From sequence record LR877332: DNA of 64,000 nt; one strand, written 5' to 3'. The notes beneath the pieces are model-generated. The model searched no databases. It was not told the origin of the DNA and saw only the letters and a list, made by a program, of their open reading frames with translations. The position numbers and the translations under genes were made by a program. Origin of the DNA: Shigella phage vB_SsoM_JK08. Positions 47,924 to 64,000 of the stretch are shown here, piece after piece; the first letter of the stretch is position 1, and each line of letters begins with the position of its first letter.

Positions 47924-50900
47924 CAGTAAAAGCACCTTCAGTCACTAGTCTCAGAATTTCCAAGTTATCCGCAAATCAGGTGCAAGTACGCTGGGATGAC
48001 GTTGGTGCTAATTTCTACTATTTTGTAGAAATCGCTGAGACAAAAACGAACTCGGGGGAAAATCTCCCGAGTAATCAATACAGATGGATTAACTTAGGAT
48101 ATACTGCAAATAACAGCTTCTTTTTTGATGATGCTGACCCATTGACATCATACATTATCAGAGTAGCTACAGCTGCGCAAGATTTTGAGCAGTCTGATTG
48201 GATTTATACCGAAGAGTTTGAAACTTTTGCTACAAATGCTTATACATTTCAAAACATGATTGAAATGCAATTAGCCAATAAATTCATTCAGGAAAAATTT
48301 ACTCTTAATAATTCTGATTATGTTAATTTTAACAATGACACTATAATGGCTGCATTGATGAATGAATCATTTCAATTCAGCCCATCGTATGTTGATGTTT
48401 CATCAATAAGTAATTTTATTATTGGTGAAAATGAGTATCATGAAATACAAGGTTCTATTCAGCAAGTATGTAAGGATATTAACCGAGTTTATTTGATGGA
48501 ATCAGAAGGAATTCTATATCTTTTTGAGCGCTATCAACCTGTAGTTAAAGTATCCAATGATAAAGGACAAACCTGGAAAGCCGTAAAGCTCTTCAATGAC
48601 CGTGTAGGATATCCTTTATCTAAGACAGTATATTACCAATCTGCGAACACAACATACGTTCTAGGATACGACAAGATTTTCTATGGCCGTAAATCGACTG
48701 ACGTTAGATGGTCAGCAGATGATGTCAGATTCAGTTCGCAGGATATAACATTTGCTAAACTTGGCGACCAGTTACATTTAGGATTTGATGTAGAAATCTT
48801 TGGTACTTATGCGACTTTACCAGCGAATGTATATCGTATAGCTGAAGCCATTACTTGTACGGATGATTATATCTATGTTGTTGCCAGAGATAAAGTTAGA
48901 TATATAAAAACGAGCAATGCACCTATAGATTCTGATCCATTATCTCCAACATATTCGGAAAGGCTATTTGAATCTGATACAATGACTATAACTGGAAATC
49001 CTAAAGCAGTATGCTATAAAATGGATTCTATTGGTGATAAAGTTTTTGCTCTTATTATCGGTGAAGTTGAAACATTAAATGCTAATCCTAGAACGTCAAA
49101 AATAATTGATTCTACTGATAAAGGAATATATGTTTTAAATCATGACACAAAAACGTGGAAAAGAGTTTTTGGCAACACTGAAGAAGAAAGAAGACGTATT
49201 CAACCTGGGTATGCGAATATGTCAACTGATGGTAAATTAGTTTCTCTATCTTCGAGTAATTTTAAATTTTTAAATGATAACGTTGTTAATGACCCTGAAA
49301 CTGTAGCAAAATATCAGTTAATCGGTGCCGTTAAATATGAATTTCCTCGTGAATGGTTAGCTGATAAGCATTATCATATGATGGCATTTATAGCAGATGA
49401 AAAGTCTGATTGGGAAACTTTTACGCCTCAGCCAATGAAATACTACGCAGAACCGTTCTTTAATTGGTCTAAAAAATCTAACACACGCTGTTGGATAAAC
49501 AACTCTAATAGAGCTGTAGTAGTTTATGCTGATTTAAAATACACTAAAGTTATAGAAAATATTCCGGAAACATCACCAGATAGATTAGTTCATGAATACT
49601 GGGATGATGGTGATTGTACGATAGTAATGCCAAATGTTAAATTCACGGGATTTAAAAAATATGCGTCTGGGATGCTTTTTTATAAATCTTCTGGTGAAAT
49701 AATTTCTTATTATGATTTTAACTATCGTGTGAGAGATACAGTAGAAATTATTTGGAAGCCGACTGGAGTATTTTTAAAAGCATTTTTACAAAACCAAGAG
49801 CATGAGACTCCTTGGTCGCCAGAAGAAGAGCATGGATTAGCTGACCCTGATTTAAGACCATTAATTGGCACAATGATGCCTGATTCTTATTTGTTGCAGG
49901 ATTCGAATTTTGAGGCATTTTGTGAAGCATATATTCAATATCTTTCTGACGGATACGGAACTCAGTATAATAATTTACGAAATTTAATTCGTAATCAGTA
50001 TCCACGAGAAGAGCATGCGTGGGAATATTTGTGGTCAGAGATATATAAAAGAAACATTTATTTAAATGCTGACAAACGTGATGCTGTTGCAAGATTTTTT
50101 GAATCACGTAGTTATGATTTTTATTCTACTAAAGGAATTGAAGCATCATACAAATTTCTTTTTAAAGTTCTTTATAATGAAGAAGTTGAAATTGAAATTG
50201 AATCTGGGGCTGGTACTGAATATGACATAATCGTTCAATCTGATTCTTTGACTGAAGATTTAGTAGGACAAACGATTTATACAGCCACAGGAAGATGTAA
50301 TGTTACTTATATAGAAAGAAGTTATTCTAATGGTAAATTGCAATGGACCGTAACTATTCATAATCTTTTGGGAAGATTAATTGCTGGTCAAGAAGTTAAA
50401 GCAGAAAGACTCCCTAGTTTTGAAGGCGAAATTATTCGTGGAGTTAAAGGAAAGGATTTGCTTCAAAACAATATAGACTATATTAATAGAAGTAGATCAT
50501 ACTATGTAATGAAAATTAAATCCAATTTACCTTCTTCCCGCTGGAAATCTGACGTTATTCGTTTTGTTCATCCAGTAGGATTTGGATTTATAGCAATTAC
50601 CCTTTTAACGATGTTTATTAATGTTGGTTTAACTCTTAAACATACAGAGACTATAATTAATAAATACAAAAACTATAAATGGGATTCTGGATTGCCTACT
50701 GAATATGCTGATAGAGTAGCTAAATTAACTCCAACCGGTGAAATTGAGTATGATTCAGTAACAGGCGAAGCAATTTATGAGCCTGGCCCAATGGCTGGTG
50801 TAGAATATCCTCTTCCTGATGACTATAATGCTGAAAATAATAATTCAATATTTCAAGGTCAATTGCCGTCTGAACGACGTAAATTAATGAGTCCCCTATT

Positions 50901-51018
50901 TGATGCTTCTGGAACAACATTTGCGCAATTTAGGGATTTAGTTAATAAACGTCTAAAAGATAATATAGGAAATCCAAGAGACCCTGAAAATCCAACACAG
51001 GTTAAAATAGATGAATGA
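47920..51018 (+). CDS. 7: baseplate wedge protein gp7
   Basis: 1032-aa ORF. Confidence 0.9.
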   Translation: MTVKAPSVTSLRISKLSANQVQVRWDDVGANFYYFVEIAETKTNSGENLPSNQYRWINLGYTANNSFFFDDADPLTSYIIRVATAAQDFEQSDWIYTEEFETFATNAYTFQNMIEMQLANKFIQEKFTLNNSDYVNFNNDTIMAALMNESFQFSPSYVDVSSISNFIIGENEYHEIQGSIQQVCKDINRVYLMESEGILYLFERYQPVVKVSNDKGQTWKAVKLFNDRVGYPLSKTVYYQSANTTYVLGYDKIFYGRKSTDVRWSADDVRFSSQDITFAKLGDQLHLGFDVEIFGTYATLPANVYRIAEAITCTDDYIYVVARDKVRYIKTSNAPIDSDPLSPTYSERLFESDTMTITGNPKAVCYKMDSIGDKVFALIIGEVETLNANPRTSKIIDSTDKGIYVLNHDTKTWKRVFGNTEEERRRIQPGYANMSTDGKLVSLSSSNFKFLNDNVVNDPETVAKYQLIGAVKYEFPREWLADKHYHMMAFIADEKSDWETFTPQPMKYYAEPFFNWSKKSNTRCWINNSNRAVVVYADLKYTKVIENIPETSPDRLVHEYWDDGDCTIVMPNVKFTGFKKYASGMLFYKSSGEIISYYDFNYRVRDTVEIIWKPTGVFLKAFLQNQEHETPWSPEEEHGLADPDLRPLIGTMMPDSYLLQDSNFEAFCEAYIQYLSDGYGTQYNNLRNLIRNQYPREEHAWEYLWSEIYKRNIYLNADKRDAVARFFESRSYDFYSTKGIEASYKFLFKVLYNEEVEIEIESGAGTEYDIIVQSDSLTEDLVGQTIYTATGRCNVTYIERSYSNGKLQWTVTIHNLLGRLIAGQEVKAERLPSFEGEIIRGVKGKDLLQNNIDYINRSRSYYVMKIKSNLPSSRWKSDVIRFVHPVGFGFIAITLLTMFINVGLTLKHTETIINKYKNYKWDSGLPTEYADRVAKLTPTGEIEYDSVTGEAIYEPGPMAGVEYPLPDDYNAENNNSIFQGQLPSERRKLMSPLFDASGTTFAQFRDLVNKRLKDNIGNPRDPENPTQVKIDE

Positions 51019-52015
51019 TTCAAGTGTTATCTATCGTGCGATAGTTACTTCAAAATTTAGAACAGAAAAAATGTTGAATTTTTATAATTCAATTGGAAGT
51101 GGTCCGGATAAAAACACTATCTTTATCACATTTGGAAGATCAGAACCGTGGTCATCAAATGAAAATGAGGTGGGCTTTGCCCCACCTTATCCAACCGATT
51201 CTGTATTAGGCGTAACTGACATGTGGACGCATATGATGGGAACAGTAAAGGTTCTTCCATCAATGCTTGACGCAGTTATTCCTCGTCGAGATTGGGGAGA
51301 TACTAGATATCCGGATCCATACACATTTAGAATTAACGATATTGTAGTGTGTAACTCAGCTCCTTACAACGCTACTGAATCAGGCGCAGGCTGGTTAGTA
51401 TATCGTTGTTTAGATGTTCCTGATACTGGAATGTGTTCAATCGCATCTTTAACTGATAAGGATGAATGCCTTAAATTAGGCGGAAAATGGACACCTTCTG
51501 TTAGGTCAATGACTCCTCCTGAAGGTCGAGGAGATGCTGAAGGAACAATTGAACCTGGGGACGGGTATGTATGGGAATATCTTTTTGAGATTCCACCCGA
51601 TGTATCTATAAATAGATGCACGAATGAATATATTGTGGTTCCTTGGCCTGAGGAATTAAAAGAAGACCCGACTAGATGGGGATATGAAGATAATCTCACT
51701 TGGCAGCAAGATGATTTTGGATTAATTTACCGGGTTAAGGCAAATACTATCCGTTTTAAAGCATATTTAGATTCAGTTTACTTTCCTGATGCTGCATTGC
51801 CAGGAAATAAAGGATTTAGACAAATATCAATAATCACAAATCCTCTTGAAGCTAAAGCTCATCCAAATGACCCAAATGTTAAAGCTGAAAAGGATTATTA
51901 TGATCCAGAAGATTTAATGAGGCATTCGGGCGAAATGATTTATATGGAAAATAGGCCACCTATTATCATGGCAATGGATCAGACAGAAGAAATCAATATT
52001 CTGTTTACATTTTAA
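51011..52015 (+). CDS. 8: baseplate wedge protein gp8
   Basis: 334-aa ORF. Confidence 0.9.
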   Translation: MNDSSVIYRAIVTSKFRTEKMLNFYNSIGSGPDKNTIFITFGRSEPWSSNENEVGFAPPYPTDSVLGVTDMWTHMMGTVKVLPSMLDAVIPRRDWGDTRYPDPYTFRINDIVVCNSAPYNATESGAGWLVYRCLDVPDTGMCSIASLTDKDECLKLGGKWTPSVRSMTPPEGRGDAEGTIEPGDGYVWEYLFEIPPDVSINRCTNEYIVVPWPEELKEDPTRWGYEDNLTWQQDDFGLIYRVKANTIRFKAYLDSVYFPDAALPGNKGFRQISIITNPLEAKAHPNDPNVKAEKDYYDPEDLMRHSGEMIYMENRPPIIMAMDQTEEINILFTF

Positions 52016-52018
52016 ATT

Positions 52019-52045
52019 AAGGGAGCCCATGGGCTCCCTTTTTCT
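52019..52045 (+). terminator. intrinsic terminator after gene 8
   Basis: palindrome gggagcccatgggctccc followed by TTTTT. Confidence 0.6.
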
Positions 52046-52046
52046 T

Positions 52047-52054
52047 TATAAATA
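52047..52054 (+). promoter_or_regulatory. late promoter TATAAATA for gene 9
   Basis: exact TATAAATA about 25 nt upstream of the gene 9 ATG. Confidence 0.6.
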
Positions 52055-52078
52055 CTATAAACTCATAAGGAAACCGCT

Positions 52079-52945
52079 ATGTTCATTCAAGAACCAAAGA
52101 AATTGATTGATACCGGCGAAATTGGTAACGCTTCTACTGGTGATATCTTATTCGACGGTGGTAATAAAATTAATAGTGATTTTAACGCAATTTATAATGC
52201 GTTTGGCGATCAGCGTAAAATGGCAGTAGCAAATGGCACTGGAGCAGATGGTCAAATTATCCATGCTACTGGATATTATCAAAAGCACTCTATCGCGGAG
52301 TACGCAACTCCAGTGAAAGTTGGCACTAGACATGATATTGATACCTCTACTGTAGGTGTTAAAGTTATTATTGAAAGAGGAGAACTTGGCGATTGTGTTG
52401 AATTCATTAACTCTAATGGATCAATATCAGTTACTAATCCTTTAACGATTCAGGCTATTGATTCAATTAAAGGCGTTTCAGGTAATTTAGTAGTAACTAG
52501 CCCATATAGTAAAGTAACTTTACGCTGTATTTCATCTGATAATTCTACATCGGTTTGGAATTATTCTATTGAAAGTATGTTTGGACAAAAGGAATCACCA
52601 GCTGAAGGTACATGGAATATTTCTACATCCGGATCAGTTGATATTCCACTATTTCATCGCACTGAATACAATATGGCTAAATTGCTAGTTACGTGCCAAT
52701 CAGTAGATGGAAGAAAAATTAAAACAGCAGAAATAAATATTCTTGTGGATACTGTTAATTCAGAAGTTATTTCTTCTGAGTATGCTGTCATGAGAGTTGG
52801 AAATGAAACAGAAGAAGACGAGATTGCTAATATTGCATTTAGTATTAAAACCAACTATGTAACGGCGACTATAAGTTCTTCTACCGTTGGCATGAGAGCA
52901 GCAGTTAAAGTTATCGCTACGCAGAAAATCGGGGTGGCTCAATAA
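52079..52945 (+). CDS. 9: baseplate wedge/long tail fibre socket gp9
   Basis: 288-aa ORF. Confidence 0.9.
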   Translation: MFIQEPKKLIDTGEIGNASTGDILFDGGNKINSDFNAIYNAFGDQRKMAVANGTGADGQIIHATGYYQKHSIAEYATPVKVGTRHDIDTSTVGVKVIIERGELGDCVEFINSNGSISVTNPLTIQAIDSIKGVSGNLVVTSPYSKVTLRCISSDNSTSVWNYSIESMFGQKESPAEGTWNISTSGSVDIPLFHRTEYNMAKLLVTCQSVDGRKIKTAEINILVDTVNSEVISSEYAVMRVGNETEEDEIANIAFSIKTNYVTATISSSTVGMRAAVKVIATQKIGVAQ

Positions 52946-54750
52946 TGAAACAAAATATTAATATCGGTAATGTTGTTGATGATGGTACCGGTGACTACCT
53001 GCGTAAAGGTGGTATAAAAATAAATGAAAACTTTGATGAACTTTATTATGAACTTGGCGATGGAGATGTTCCATATTCAGCCGGTGCCTGGAAAACTTAT
53101 AATGCTTCATCTGGTCAAACATTAAAAGCTAAGTGGGGAAAATCATACGCTATTAATACCTCTTCTGGAAGAGTAACTTTACAACTTCCTAAAGGAACTG
53201 TTAATGATTATAATAAAGTAATTAGAGCTAGGGATGTATTTGCAACATGGAACATTAATCCAGTTACTTTAGTAGCTGCTTCTGGAGATACAATTAAAGG
53301 GTCGTCATCATCGGTTGAAATTAATACTCAATTTAGTGATTTAGAGCTCGTTTATTGCGCTCCAGGACGTTGGGAGTATGTCAAAAACAAACAAATTGAC
53401 AAAATTATTAGTTCAGATATTAGTAATGTAGCACGTAAAGAATTTTTAGTCGAAGTTCAAGGACAAACGGACTTTTTAGATGTTTTCCGCGGAACTAGCT
53501 ATAATGTTAATAACATCCGAGTAAAACACCGTGGTAATGAATTATATTACGGCGATGTATTTAGTGAAAACAGTGACTTTGGCTCTCCTGGGGAAAATGA
53601 AGGAGAATTGATTCCTCTTGATGGATTTAATATTAGGTTAAGACAGCCTTGTAATATTGGTGACACTGTTCAAATTGAAACATTTATGGATGGTATATCA
53701 CAATGGAGAAGTTCATATACAAGACGCCAAATAAAAGTATTAGATTCAAAATTAACGTCAAAAACTTCTTTAGAAGGAAGTATTTACGTTACTGATTTAT
53801 CAACAATGAAATCAATTCCATTCTCTGCATTTGGATTAATTCCTGGAGAACCTATTAATCCTAATTCTCTTGAAGTTCGTTTTAATGGAATTTTACAACA
53901 ACAAGCTGGAACAGCAGGATATCCTCTGTTTTTGTGTGAAGGTGCTAACTCAGATACGCAAGCAGGATGTATATCTCTTGGTGGTGAATGGAAAGAATCG
54001 AACACAGATTATTCTATAGAATATGAAGATGGAAAACCTGTCAGTCTTTTATTTGATAGAAAATTTGAATCAGGTGATATAATCGTTATAACATGGTTTA
54101 ATAATGATTTAGGAACTCTTTTAGAAAAAGATGACATTATTGAATTAACTGATGACCGTTATGTTAGTAAAGGATCATCTACTGAAGTTACTGGGGATGT
54201 AGCCTTAACAGATTTTGATAAAATCGGTTGGCCAAATGTTGAAAAAGTTGATTCTTATACTAGAACGTATAATTCAATATCATCTATTTTCGATAGCATT
54301 TATCCCGTAGGTTCAATTTATGAAAATGCTATAAACCCAAATAATCCGGTGACTTATATGGGGTTTGGTTCGTGGAAATTATTTGGTAAAGGACAAGTTT
54401 TAGTAGGATGGAATGATGATGTTACGGATCCAAACTTTGCTTTAAACAATAATGATTTAGATTCTAGCGGAAATCCTTCACATACTGCCGGTGGAACAGT
54501 TGGAACAACATCGGTGACACTTGAGAACGCAAATCTTCCTGCGACTAAAACTGATGAAAAAGTTTTAATTGAAGATGAAAACGGATCAGTTATTATTGGA
54601 GGTTGTCAATATGACCCAGACGAAACTGGTCCTATATATACAAAATATCGTGAAGACTACGCAACAACAAACTCTTCACATACTCCTCCTACTAATATTA
54701 GTAATATTCAACCGTCTATTACTGTATACCGTTGGATAAGGATTGCATAA
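52945..54750 (+). CDS. 10: baseplate wedge protein gp10
   Basis: 601-aa ORF. Confidence 0.9.
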   Translation: MKQNINIGNVVDDGTGDYLRKGGIKINENFDELYYELGDGDVPYSAGAWKTYNASSGQTLKAKWGKSYAINTSSGRVTLQLPKGTVNDYNKVIRARDVFATWNINPVTLVAASGDTIKGSSSSVEINTQFSDLELVYCAPGRWEYVKNKQIDKIISSDISNVARKEFLVEVQGQTDFLDVFRGTSYNVNNIRVKHRGNELYYGDVFSENSDFGSPGENEGELIPLDGFNIRLRQPCNIGDTVQIETFMDGISQWRSSYTRRQIKVLDSKLTSKTSLEGSIYVTDLSTMKSIPFSAFGLIPGEPINPNSLEVRFNGILQQQAGTAGYPLFLCEGANSDTQAGCISLGGEWKESNTDYSIEYEDGKPVSLLFDRKFESGDIIVITWFNNDLGTLLEKDDIIELTDDRYVSKGSSTEVTGDVALTDFDKIGWPNVEKVDSYTRTYNSISSIFDSIYPVGSIYENAINPNNPVTYMGFGSWKLFGKGQVLVGWNDDVTDPNFALNNNDLDSSGNPSHTAGGTVGTTSVTLENANLPATKTDEKVLIEDENGSVIIGGCQYDPDETGPIYTKYREDYATTNSSHTPPTNISNIQPSITVYRWIRIA

Positions 54751-55409
54751 TGAGTTTACTTAATAATAAAGCGGGAGTTATTTCCCGCTTAGCAGATTTT
54801 CTTGGTTTTAGAACTAAGAAAAATGATATTTCGGTTATGAATAATCAGCCAGTAGGCGCTGTAACAATTTCACAAATAGCAAAAGGTTTTTATGACCCGA
54901 ATGTAGAATCTGCTATCAATGATGTTAGAAATATGGCAGAGCAACCGGTTGGAGCTGTATTAGTTAATATAAGCGGCGTATCTCCTACTGGCGTGCAACA
55001 AACCGACTATTGGTCATTTGAAGGAACTGTTACTGATACTTCAGTCAAATCAGGTGACCCAGTTATTGTTAACATGTTTGGTATTCCAGTTAAAGCTACT
55101 AATGGAATGACTTCAATTGAATTTACTAGTGCCGTTAGAATAGCTCTACAGGAAATGGTTGTAAAATTTATTGCAATTGATTCATTTGAAGACCATCCTA
55201 CCATAGGAAATAAAATACAAGTTAAGTATTTAGATAACCAAGAACATATCTTAGAACAATACTCTGATAAAGGAATTACTTTCAAACAGGAAATAATTTC
55301 TCCTTCTAAACCTGGGTATGGAACTTGGCAATTATTAGGTGCGCAAACTGTTACGCTAGATAGTCACACACAACCTACAGTATTTTATTATTTTGAGAGA
55401 ATAGCATGA
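54750..55409 (+). CDS. 11: baseplate wedge/short tail fibre connector gp11
   Basis: ATG 54750 overlaps the gp10 stop; 219 aa ([20 protein letters not shown]...) matching recalled T4 gp11; ORF-track version starts 18 nt upstream. Confidence 0.88.
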   Translation: MSLLNNKAGVISRLADFLGFRTKKNDISVMNNQPVGAVTISQIAKGFYDPNVESAINDVRNMAEQPVGAVLVNISGVSPTGVQQTDYWSFEGTVTDTSVKSGDPVIVNMFGIPVKATNGMTSIEFTSAVRIALQEMVVKFIAIDSFEDHPTIGNKIQVKYLDNQEHILEQYSDKGITFKQEIISPSKPGYGTWQLLGAQTVTLDSHTQPTVFYYFERIA

Positions 55410-55512
55410 GTAACAATACATATCAGCACGTATCAAATGAATCAAAATATGTTAAATTCGATCCTACTGGATCGAATTTTCCTGGCACTGTTACGACAGT
55501 ACAGTCTGCATT
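54896..55512. repeat. tandem duplication copy 1 (617 bp: gene 11 codon 50 to end plus first 35.7 codons of gene 12)
   Basis: 100% identical to 55513-56129 by direct comparison. Confidence 0.9.
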
Positions 55513-56026
55513 CCCGAATGTAGAATCTGCTATCAATGATGTTAGAAATATGGCAGAGCAACCGGTTGGAGCTGTATTAGTTAATATAAGCGGCGTATCT
55601 CCTACTGGCGTGCAACAAACCGACTATTGGTCATTTGAAGGAACTGTTACTGATACTTCAGTCAAATCAGGTGACCCAGTTATTGTTAACATGTTTGGTA
55701 TTCCAGTTAAAGCTACTAATGGAATGACTTCAATTGAATTTACTAGTGCCGTTAGAATAGCTCTACAGGAAATGGTTGTAAAATTTATTGCAATTGATTC
55801 ATTTGAAGACCATCCTACCATAGGAAATAAAATACAAGTTAAGTATTTAGATAACCAAGAACATATCTTAGAACAATACTCTGATAAAGGAATTACTTTC
55901 AAACAGGAAATAATTTCTCCTTCTAAACCTGGGTATGGAACTTGGCAATTATTAGGTGCGCAAACTGTTACGCTAGATAGTCACACACAACCTACAGTAT
56001 TTTATTATTTTGAGAGAATAGCATGA
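55406..56026 (+). CDS. chimeric ORF: gp12 residues 1-35 fused in frame to gp11 residues 50-219
   Basis: 206-aa ORF; N-terminus identical to gp12 ([35 protein letters not shown]), remainder identical to the gp11 C-terminus; created by the tandem duplication. Confidence 0.6.
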   Translation: MSNNTYQHVSNESKYVKFDPTGSNFPGTVTTVQSAFPNVESAINDVRNMAEQPVGAVLVNISGVSPTGVQQTDYWSFEGTVTDTSVKSGDPVIVNMFGIPVKATNGMTSIEFTSAVRIALQEMVVKFIAIDSFEDHPTIGNKIQVKYLDNQEHILEQYSDKGITFKQEIISPSKPGYGTWQLLGAQTVTLDSHTQPTVFYYFERIA

Positions 56027-56129
56027 GTAACAATACATATCAGCACGTATCAAATGAATCAAAATATGTTAAATTCGATCCTACTGGATCGAATTTTCCT
56101 GGCACTGTTACGACAGTACAGTCTGCATT
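55513..56129. repeat. tandem duplication copy 2
   Basis: 100% identical to 54896-55512. Confidence 0.9.
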
Positions 56130-57573
56130 ATCAAAAATAAGTAATATCGGCGTAAATGGTATTCCTGATGCAACTATGGAAGTTAAAGGAATAGCAATGA
56201 TTGCATCAGAGCAAGAGGTTTTAGATGGAACAAATAATTCTAAAATCGTTACACCAGCTACATTAGCAACAAGATTATTGTATCCAAATGCTACTGAAAC
56301 TAAATATGGTTTAACGCGCTATTCAACAAATGAAGAAACATTAGAAGGCTCAGATAATAATTCATCAATAACGCCGCAAAAACTGAAATACCATACTGAT
56401 GATGTGTTCCGAAATAGATATTCATCTGAGTCATCAAACGGGGTTATTAAAATATCATCTACGCCTGCGGCTTTGGCTGGTGTTGATGATACTACGGCGA
56501 TGACTCCGCTAAAAACCCAAAAACTCGCAATAAAATTAATTTCACAAATAGCTCCTTCCGAAGATACTGCATCAGAATCTGTGAGAGGTGTGGTTCAATT
56601 ATCAACTGTTGCGCAAACTCGTCAAGGAACTCTCCGCGAAGGATATGCAATTTCTCCGTATACCTTTATGAATTCTGTTGCAACACAAGAATATAAGGGT
56701 GTTATACGTTTAGGAACACAATCGGAAATTAACAGTAATTTAGGAGATGTTGCAGTAACAGGTGAAACACTAAATGGTCGAGGAGCTACTGGTTCTATGC
56801 GTGGAGTAGTTAAATTAACGACGCAAGCCGGTATTGCCCCTGAAGGTGATAGTTCTGGAGCATTAGCGTGGAACGCAGATGTAATTAATACGCGTGGTGG
56901 ACAAACTATTAATGGTTCTTTAAATTTAGACCATCTTACAGCAAATGGAATTTGGTCACGCGGTGGAATGTGGAAAAATGGCGATCAACCTGTTGCCACT
57001 GAAAGATATGCGTCCGAACGAGTTCCGGTTGGAACTATTATGATGTTTGCGGGTGATTCAGCACCTCCAGGTTGGATTATGTGTCATGGTGGAACCGTGT
57101 CAGGTGACCAATTTCCTGATTATAGAAACGTAGTTGGAACAAGATTTGGTGGCGATTGGAATAATCCTGGCGTTCCTGATATGCGGGGTCTTTTCGTCAG
57201 AGGAGCTGGCACAGGCGGTCATATTTTAAATCAACGAGGACAAGATGGTTATGGAAAGGATAGACTTGGCGTAGGATGTGACGGAATGCATGTTGGTGGT
57301 GTTCAAGCACAACAAATGTCATACCATAAACACGCCGGTGGTTGGGGGGAACATAACAGAAGTGAAGGCCCATTTGGCGCGTCTGTTTATCAAGGATATC
57401 TTGGAACTAGAAAATATGCCGACTGGGATAATGCTTCATACTTCACTAATGATGGATTTGAATTAGGCGGACCGAGAGATGCCCTTGGTACACTTAATCG
57501 TGAAGGATTAATTGGTTATGAAACTAGACCATGGAATATATCATTAAACTATATTATTAAAGTTCATTACTAA
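56023..57573 (+). CDS. 12: short tail fibre protein gp12
   Basis: 516-aa ORF matching recalled T4 gp12 ([20 protein letters not shown]...[13 protein letters not shown]). Confidence 0.9.
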   Translation: MSNNTYQHVSNESKYVKFDPTGSNFPGTVTTVQSALSKISNIGVNGIPDATMEVKGIAMIASEQEVLDGTNNSKIVTPATLATRLLYPNATETKYGLTRYSTNEETLEGSDNNSSITPQKLKYHTDDVFRNRYSSESSNGVIKISSTPAALAGVDDTTAMTPLKTQKLAIKLISQIAPSEDTASESVRGVVQLSTVAQTRQGTLREGYAISPYTFMNSVATQEYKGVIRLGTQSEINSNLGDVAVTGETLNGRGATGSMRGVVKLTTQAGIAPEGDSSGALAWNADVINTRGGQTINGSLNLDHLTANGIWSRGGMWKNGDQPVATERYASERVPVGTIMMFAGDSAPPGWIMCHGGTVSGDQFPDYRNVVGTRFGGDWNNPGVPDMRGLFVRGAGTGGHILNQRGQDGYGKDRLGVGCDGMHVGGVQAQQMSYHKHAGGWGEHNRSEGPFGASVYQGYLGTRKYADWDNASYFTNDGFELGGPRDALGTLNREGLIGYETRPWNISLNYIIKVHY

Positions 57574-57582
57574 GGATTACAA

Positions 57583-59040
57583 ATGATTGAATTAAAAGAT
57601 TTACCTTTTGTTGATAGCGTTCCTGATGAAGGTCAGGAACGTATTTCATGGATTAAAAATGGTGAAGAAATACTAGGAGCTAGCACTAAGTATGGAAACG
57701 ATGGATCAATGAATAGACCAATTGTTTCCGTGTTTAAAAATGTTGAGGTTCTTGACGAAAATATAGGAATTCTTAAAACTGCCATTGAAACATCGCAGAA
57801 AGATATTAAAACAATTCAAGGAGTTTTAGATGTATCAGGAGATATAGAAGCACTATCGCAGATCAGTGTTAATAAAAATGACATATCAAATTTAAAGACA
57901 CTTACTAATGAACACACTGATATATTAACTGGAACTAATAATACAGTTGACAAAATTATTGCTGATATAGGTCCATTTAATGATGAAGAAAACTCTGTTT
58001 ATAGAACAATTAGAAATGATTTATTGTGGATTAAACAAGAACTAGGGCAATATTCTGGCCAAGACATTAACGGTCTTCCTGTTGTTGGTAATGCTAGCAC
58101 AGGAATGAAACATAGAATAATAACAAATAGTACATTATTATCTTCACAAGGCATTCGTTTAAGTGAATTAGAAAATAAATTTACTGAATCTGACGTAGGA
58201 TCATTGACGGTTGAAGTTGGTAAATTACGCGATGAACTTGGTAATAAACCAGTAGATTTTGGACCAAATATTTATAATAGATTAAACACTATAGATGATA
58301 AACAAACTTTAATAAATTCTGATATAGCAGAAATTAAATCTTCTATTGGATACCCAGAAAATGTTTCTATAATAACAGAAATTAATAATAACAAAAGTAG
58401 CATTGAATCTATTAATAATGAATTAAATCAGAGTGAAGGTGTTAAACAGCGCTTAACGGCTATTGAAACTTCTATAGGTTCAGATGATATTCCTTCTAGT
58501 ATTAAAGGAAAAATTAAAAATCACACAACTTCTATTGAGTCTTTAAACGGAATTGTTGGTGAAAACACTTCGTCTGGTTTAAGAGCGAATGTTTCGTGGT
58601 TAAATCAAATTGTTGGAACTGACTCCAGCGGAGGACAACCGTCTCCTTCTGGATCTCTATTAAATAAAGTTTCAGTGCTTGAAGGAGAAGTTTCAGTTTT
58701 AAACAATAATGTTCAAAATATACAAGTTGAAATAGGAAATAATAGAACAGGAATTAAAGGTCAAGTTATTGAACTTACTTCACTTATAAATGGAAATAAT
58801 CCTGACGGATCAACTGTTGAAGAACGAGGATTAACTAATTCTATAAAAACGAATGAAACTAACATTGCGGCAGTCACGCATGAAGTAAATACAGCTAAAG
58901 ACAATATATCCTCTTTACAGAGCAGCGTTCAAGCTCTACAAGAAGCAGGTTATATTCCTGAAGCTCCAAAAGATGGCCAAGCTTACGTTCGTAAAGACGG
59001 CGAATGGGTACTACTTTCTACCTTTTTATCACCAGCATAA
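57583..59040 (+). CDS. wac: fibritin (whisker antigen control)
   Basis: 485-aa ORF, coiled-coil segments and C-terminal foldon [27 protein letters not shown]. Confidence 0.92.
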   Translation: MIELKDLPFVDSVPDEGQERISWIKNGEEILGASTKYGNDGSMNRPIVSVFKNVEVLDENIGILKTAIETSQKDIKTIQGVLDVSGDIEALSQISVNKNDISNLKTLTNEHTDILTGTNNTVDKIIADIGPFNDEENSVYRTIRNDLLWIKQELGQYSGQDINGLPVVGNASTGMKHRIITNSTLLSSQGIRLSELENKFTESDVGSLTVEVGKLRDELGNKPVDFGPNIYNRLNTIDDKQTLINSDIAEIKSSIGYPENVSIITEINNNKSSIESINNELNQSEGVKQRLTAIETSIGSDDIPSSIKGKIKNHTTSIESLNGIVGENTSSGLRANVSWLNQIVGTDSSGGQPSPSGSLLNKVSVLEGEVSVLNNNVQNIQVEIGNNRTGIKGQVIELTSLINGNNPDGSTVEERGLTNSIKTNETNIAAVTHEVNTAKDNISSLQSSVQALQEAGYIPEAPKDGQAYVRKDGEWVLLSTFLSPA

Positions 59041-59063
59041 CATGGGGCCGCAAGGCCCCAAAG
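59041..59063 (+). terminator. hairpin after wac (weak terminator/attenuator)
   Basis: ggggcc-gcaa-ggcccc hairpin, no strong U-run. Confidence 0.3.
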
Positions 59064-59071
59064 GATTTTAA

Positions 59072-60773
<1,702 letters not shown>

Positions 60774-60814
60774 TAAATATTATAAACTAATTAAAGCCCA
60801 GATTAGGAGAAATC

Positions 60815-63952
<3,138 letters not shown>

Positions 63953-63984
63953 ATATATTAAAGCATATTAAAGAGGATTAAAAA

Positions 63985-64000
63985 TGACTTTATTATCTCC
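63985..64000 (+). CDS. 18: tail sheath protein gp18, first 5 codons only (runs off window end)
   Basis: ATG at 63985 with GAGG RBS; MTLLS matches the recalled T4 gp18 N-terminus. Confidence 0.5.

Noticed and set aside
43633-55902. Minus-strand ORFs inside plus-strand structural genes (43633..43917, 45648..45866, 47449..47646, 49748..50107, 50720..50920, 51364..51699, 52148..52333, 52654..52942, 53784..54005, 55007..55285, 55624..55902)
   Set aside because: Each is embedded antisense within a long, well-supported late gene (gp5 to gp12) with no independent start signals. The identical pair 55007..55285 and 55624..55902 is simply a read-out of the tandem duplication.
60775-60790. Possible late promoter upstream of gene 15 (ataaatattataaact)
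   Set aside because: No exact TATAAATA match; not called.

Overview
This window is a contiguous segment of a T4-like (T-even, Tequatrovirus-type) myovirus genome, about 35% GC with tightly packed genes, many joined by ATGA start/stop overlaps. Coordinates 1-42760 are an early/middle region transcribed on the minus strand: recombination nuclease genes 46 and 47, alpha-glucosyltransferase, late sigma factor gp55, nrdG/nrdD, endonuclease VII (49), nrdC, rI, tk, regB, denV, lysozyme e, nudE, a 10-gene tRNA cluster, 57B (Acb1-like 2H phosphodiesterase), 57A, and genes 1, 3, 2 and 4. Coordinates 42808-64000 are the plus-strand late structural module: 53, 5, 5.4, 6-12, wac, 13-17 and the start of 18. 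Gene names are assigned from recalled T4 protein sequences, motifs and synteny, not from a database search. The phage is not T4 itself: nrdD is one uninterrupted ORF, ipII/ipIII are absent between denV and e, a GIY-YIG gene sits between 47 and a-gt, and the tRNA set includes Asn and Tyr-like genes. The most striking feature is a perfect 617-bp tandem duplication across the gene 11/gene 12 boundary that creates an in-frame gp12N::gp11C chimeric ORF. Other items worth follow-up are a tandem array of four paralogous coiled-coil-tailed proteins, a nucleotidyltransferase-fold protein next to a P-loop ATPase, a macro-domain protein, clusters of internal-protein-like genes carrying capsid-targeting N-termini, and a duplicated 3' coding module flanked by direct repeats. 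The minus-strand region is punctuated by sigma70-type early promoters (GTTTAC -35, extended -10) and UUCG/GNRA hairpin terminators; late promoters (TATAAATA) were found for e, the 157-aa internal-protein-like gene, and genes 4, 53 and 9.
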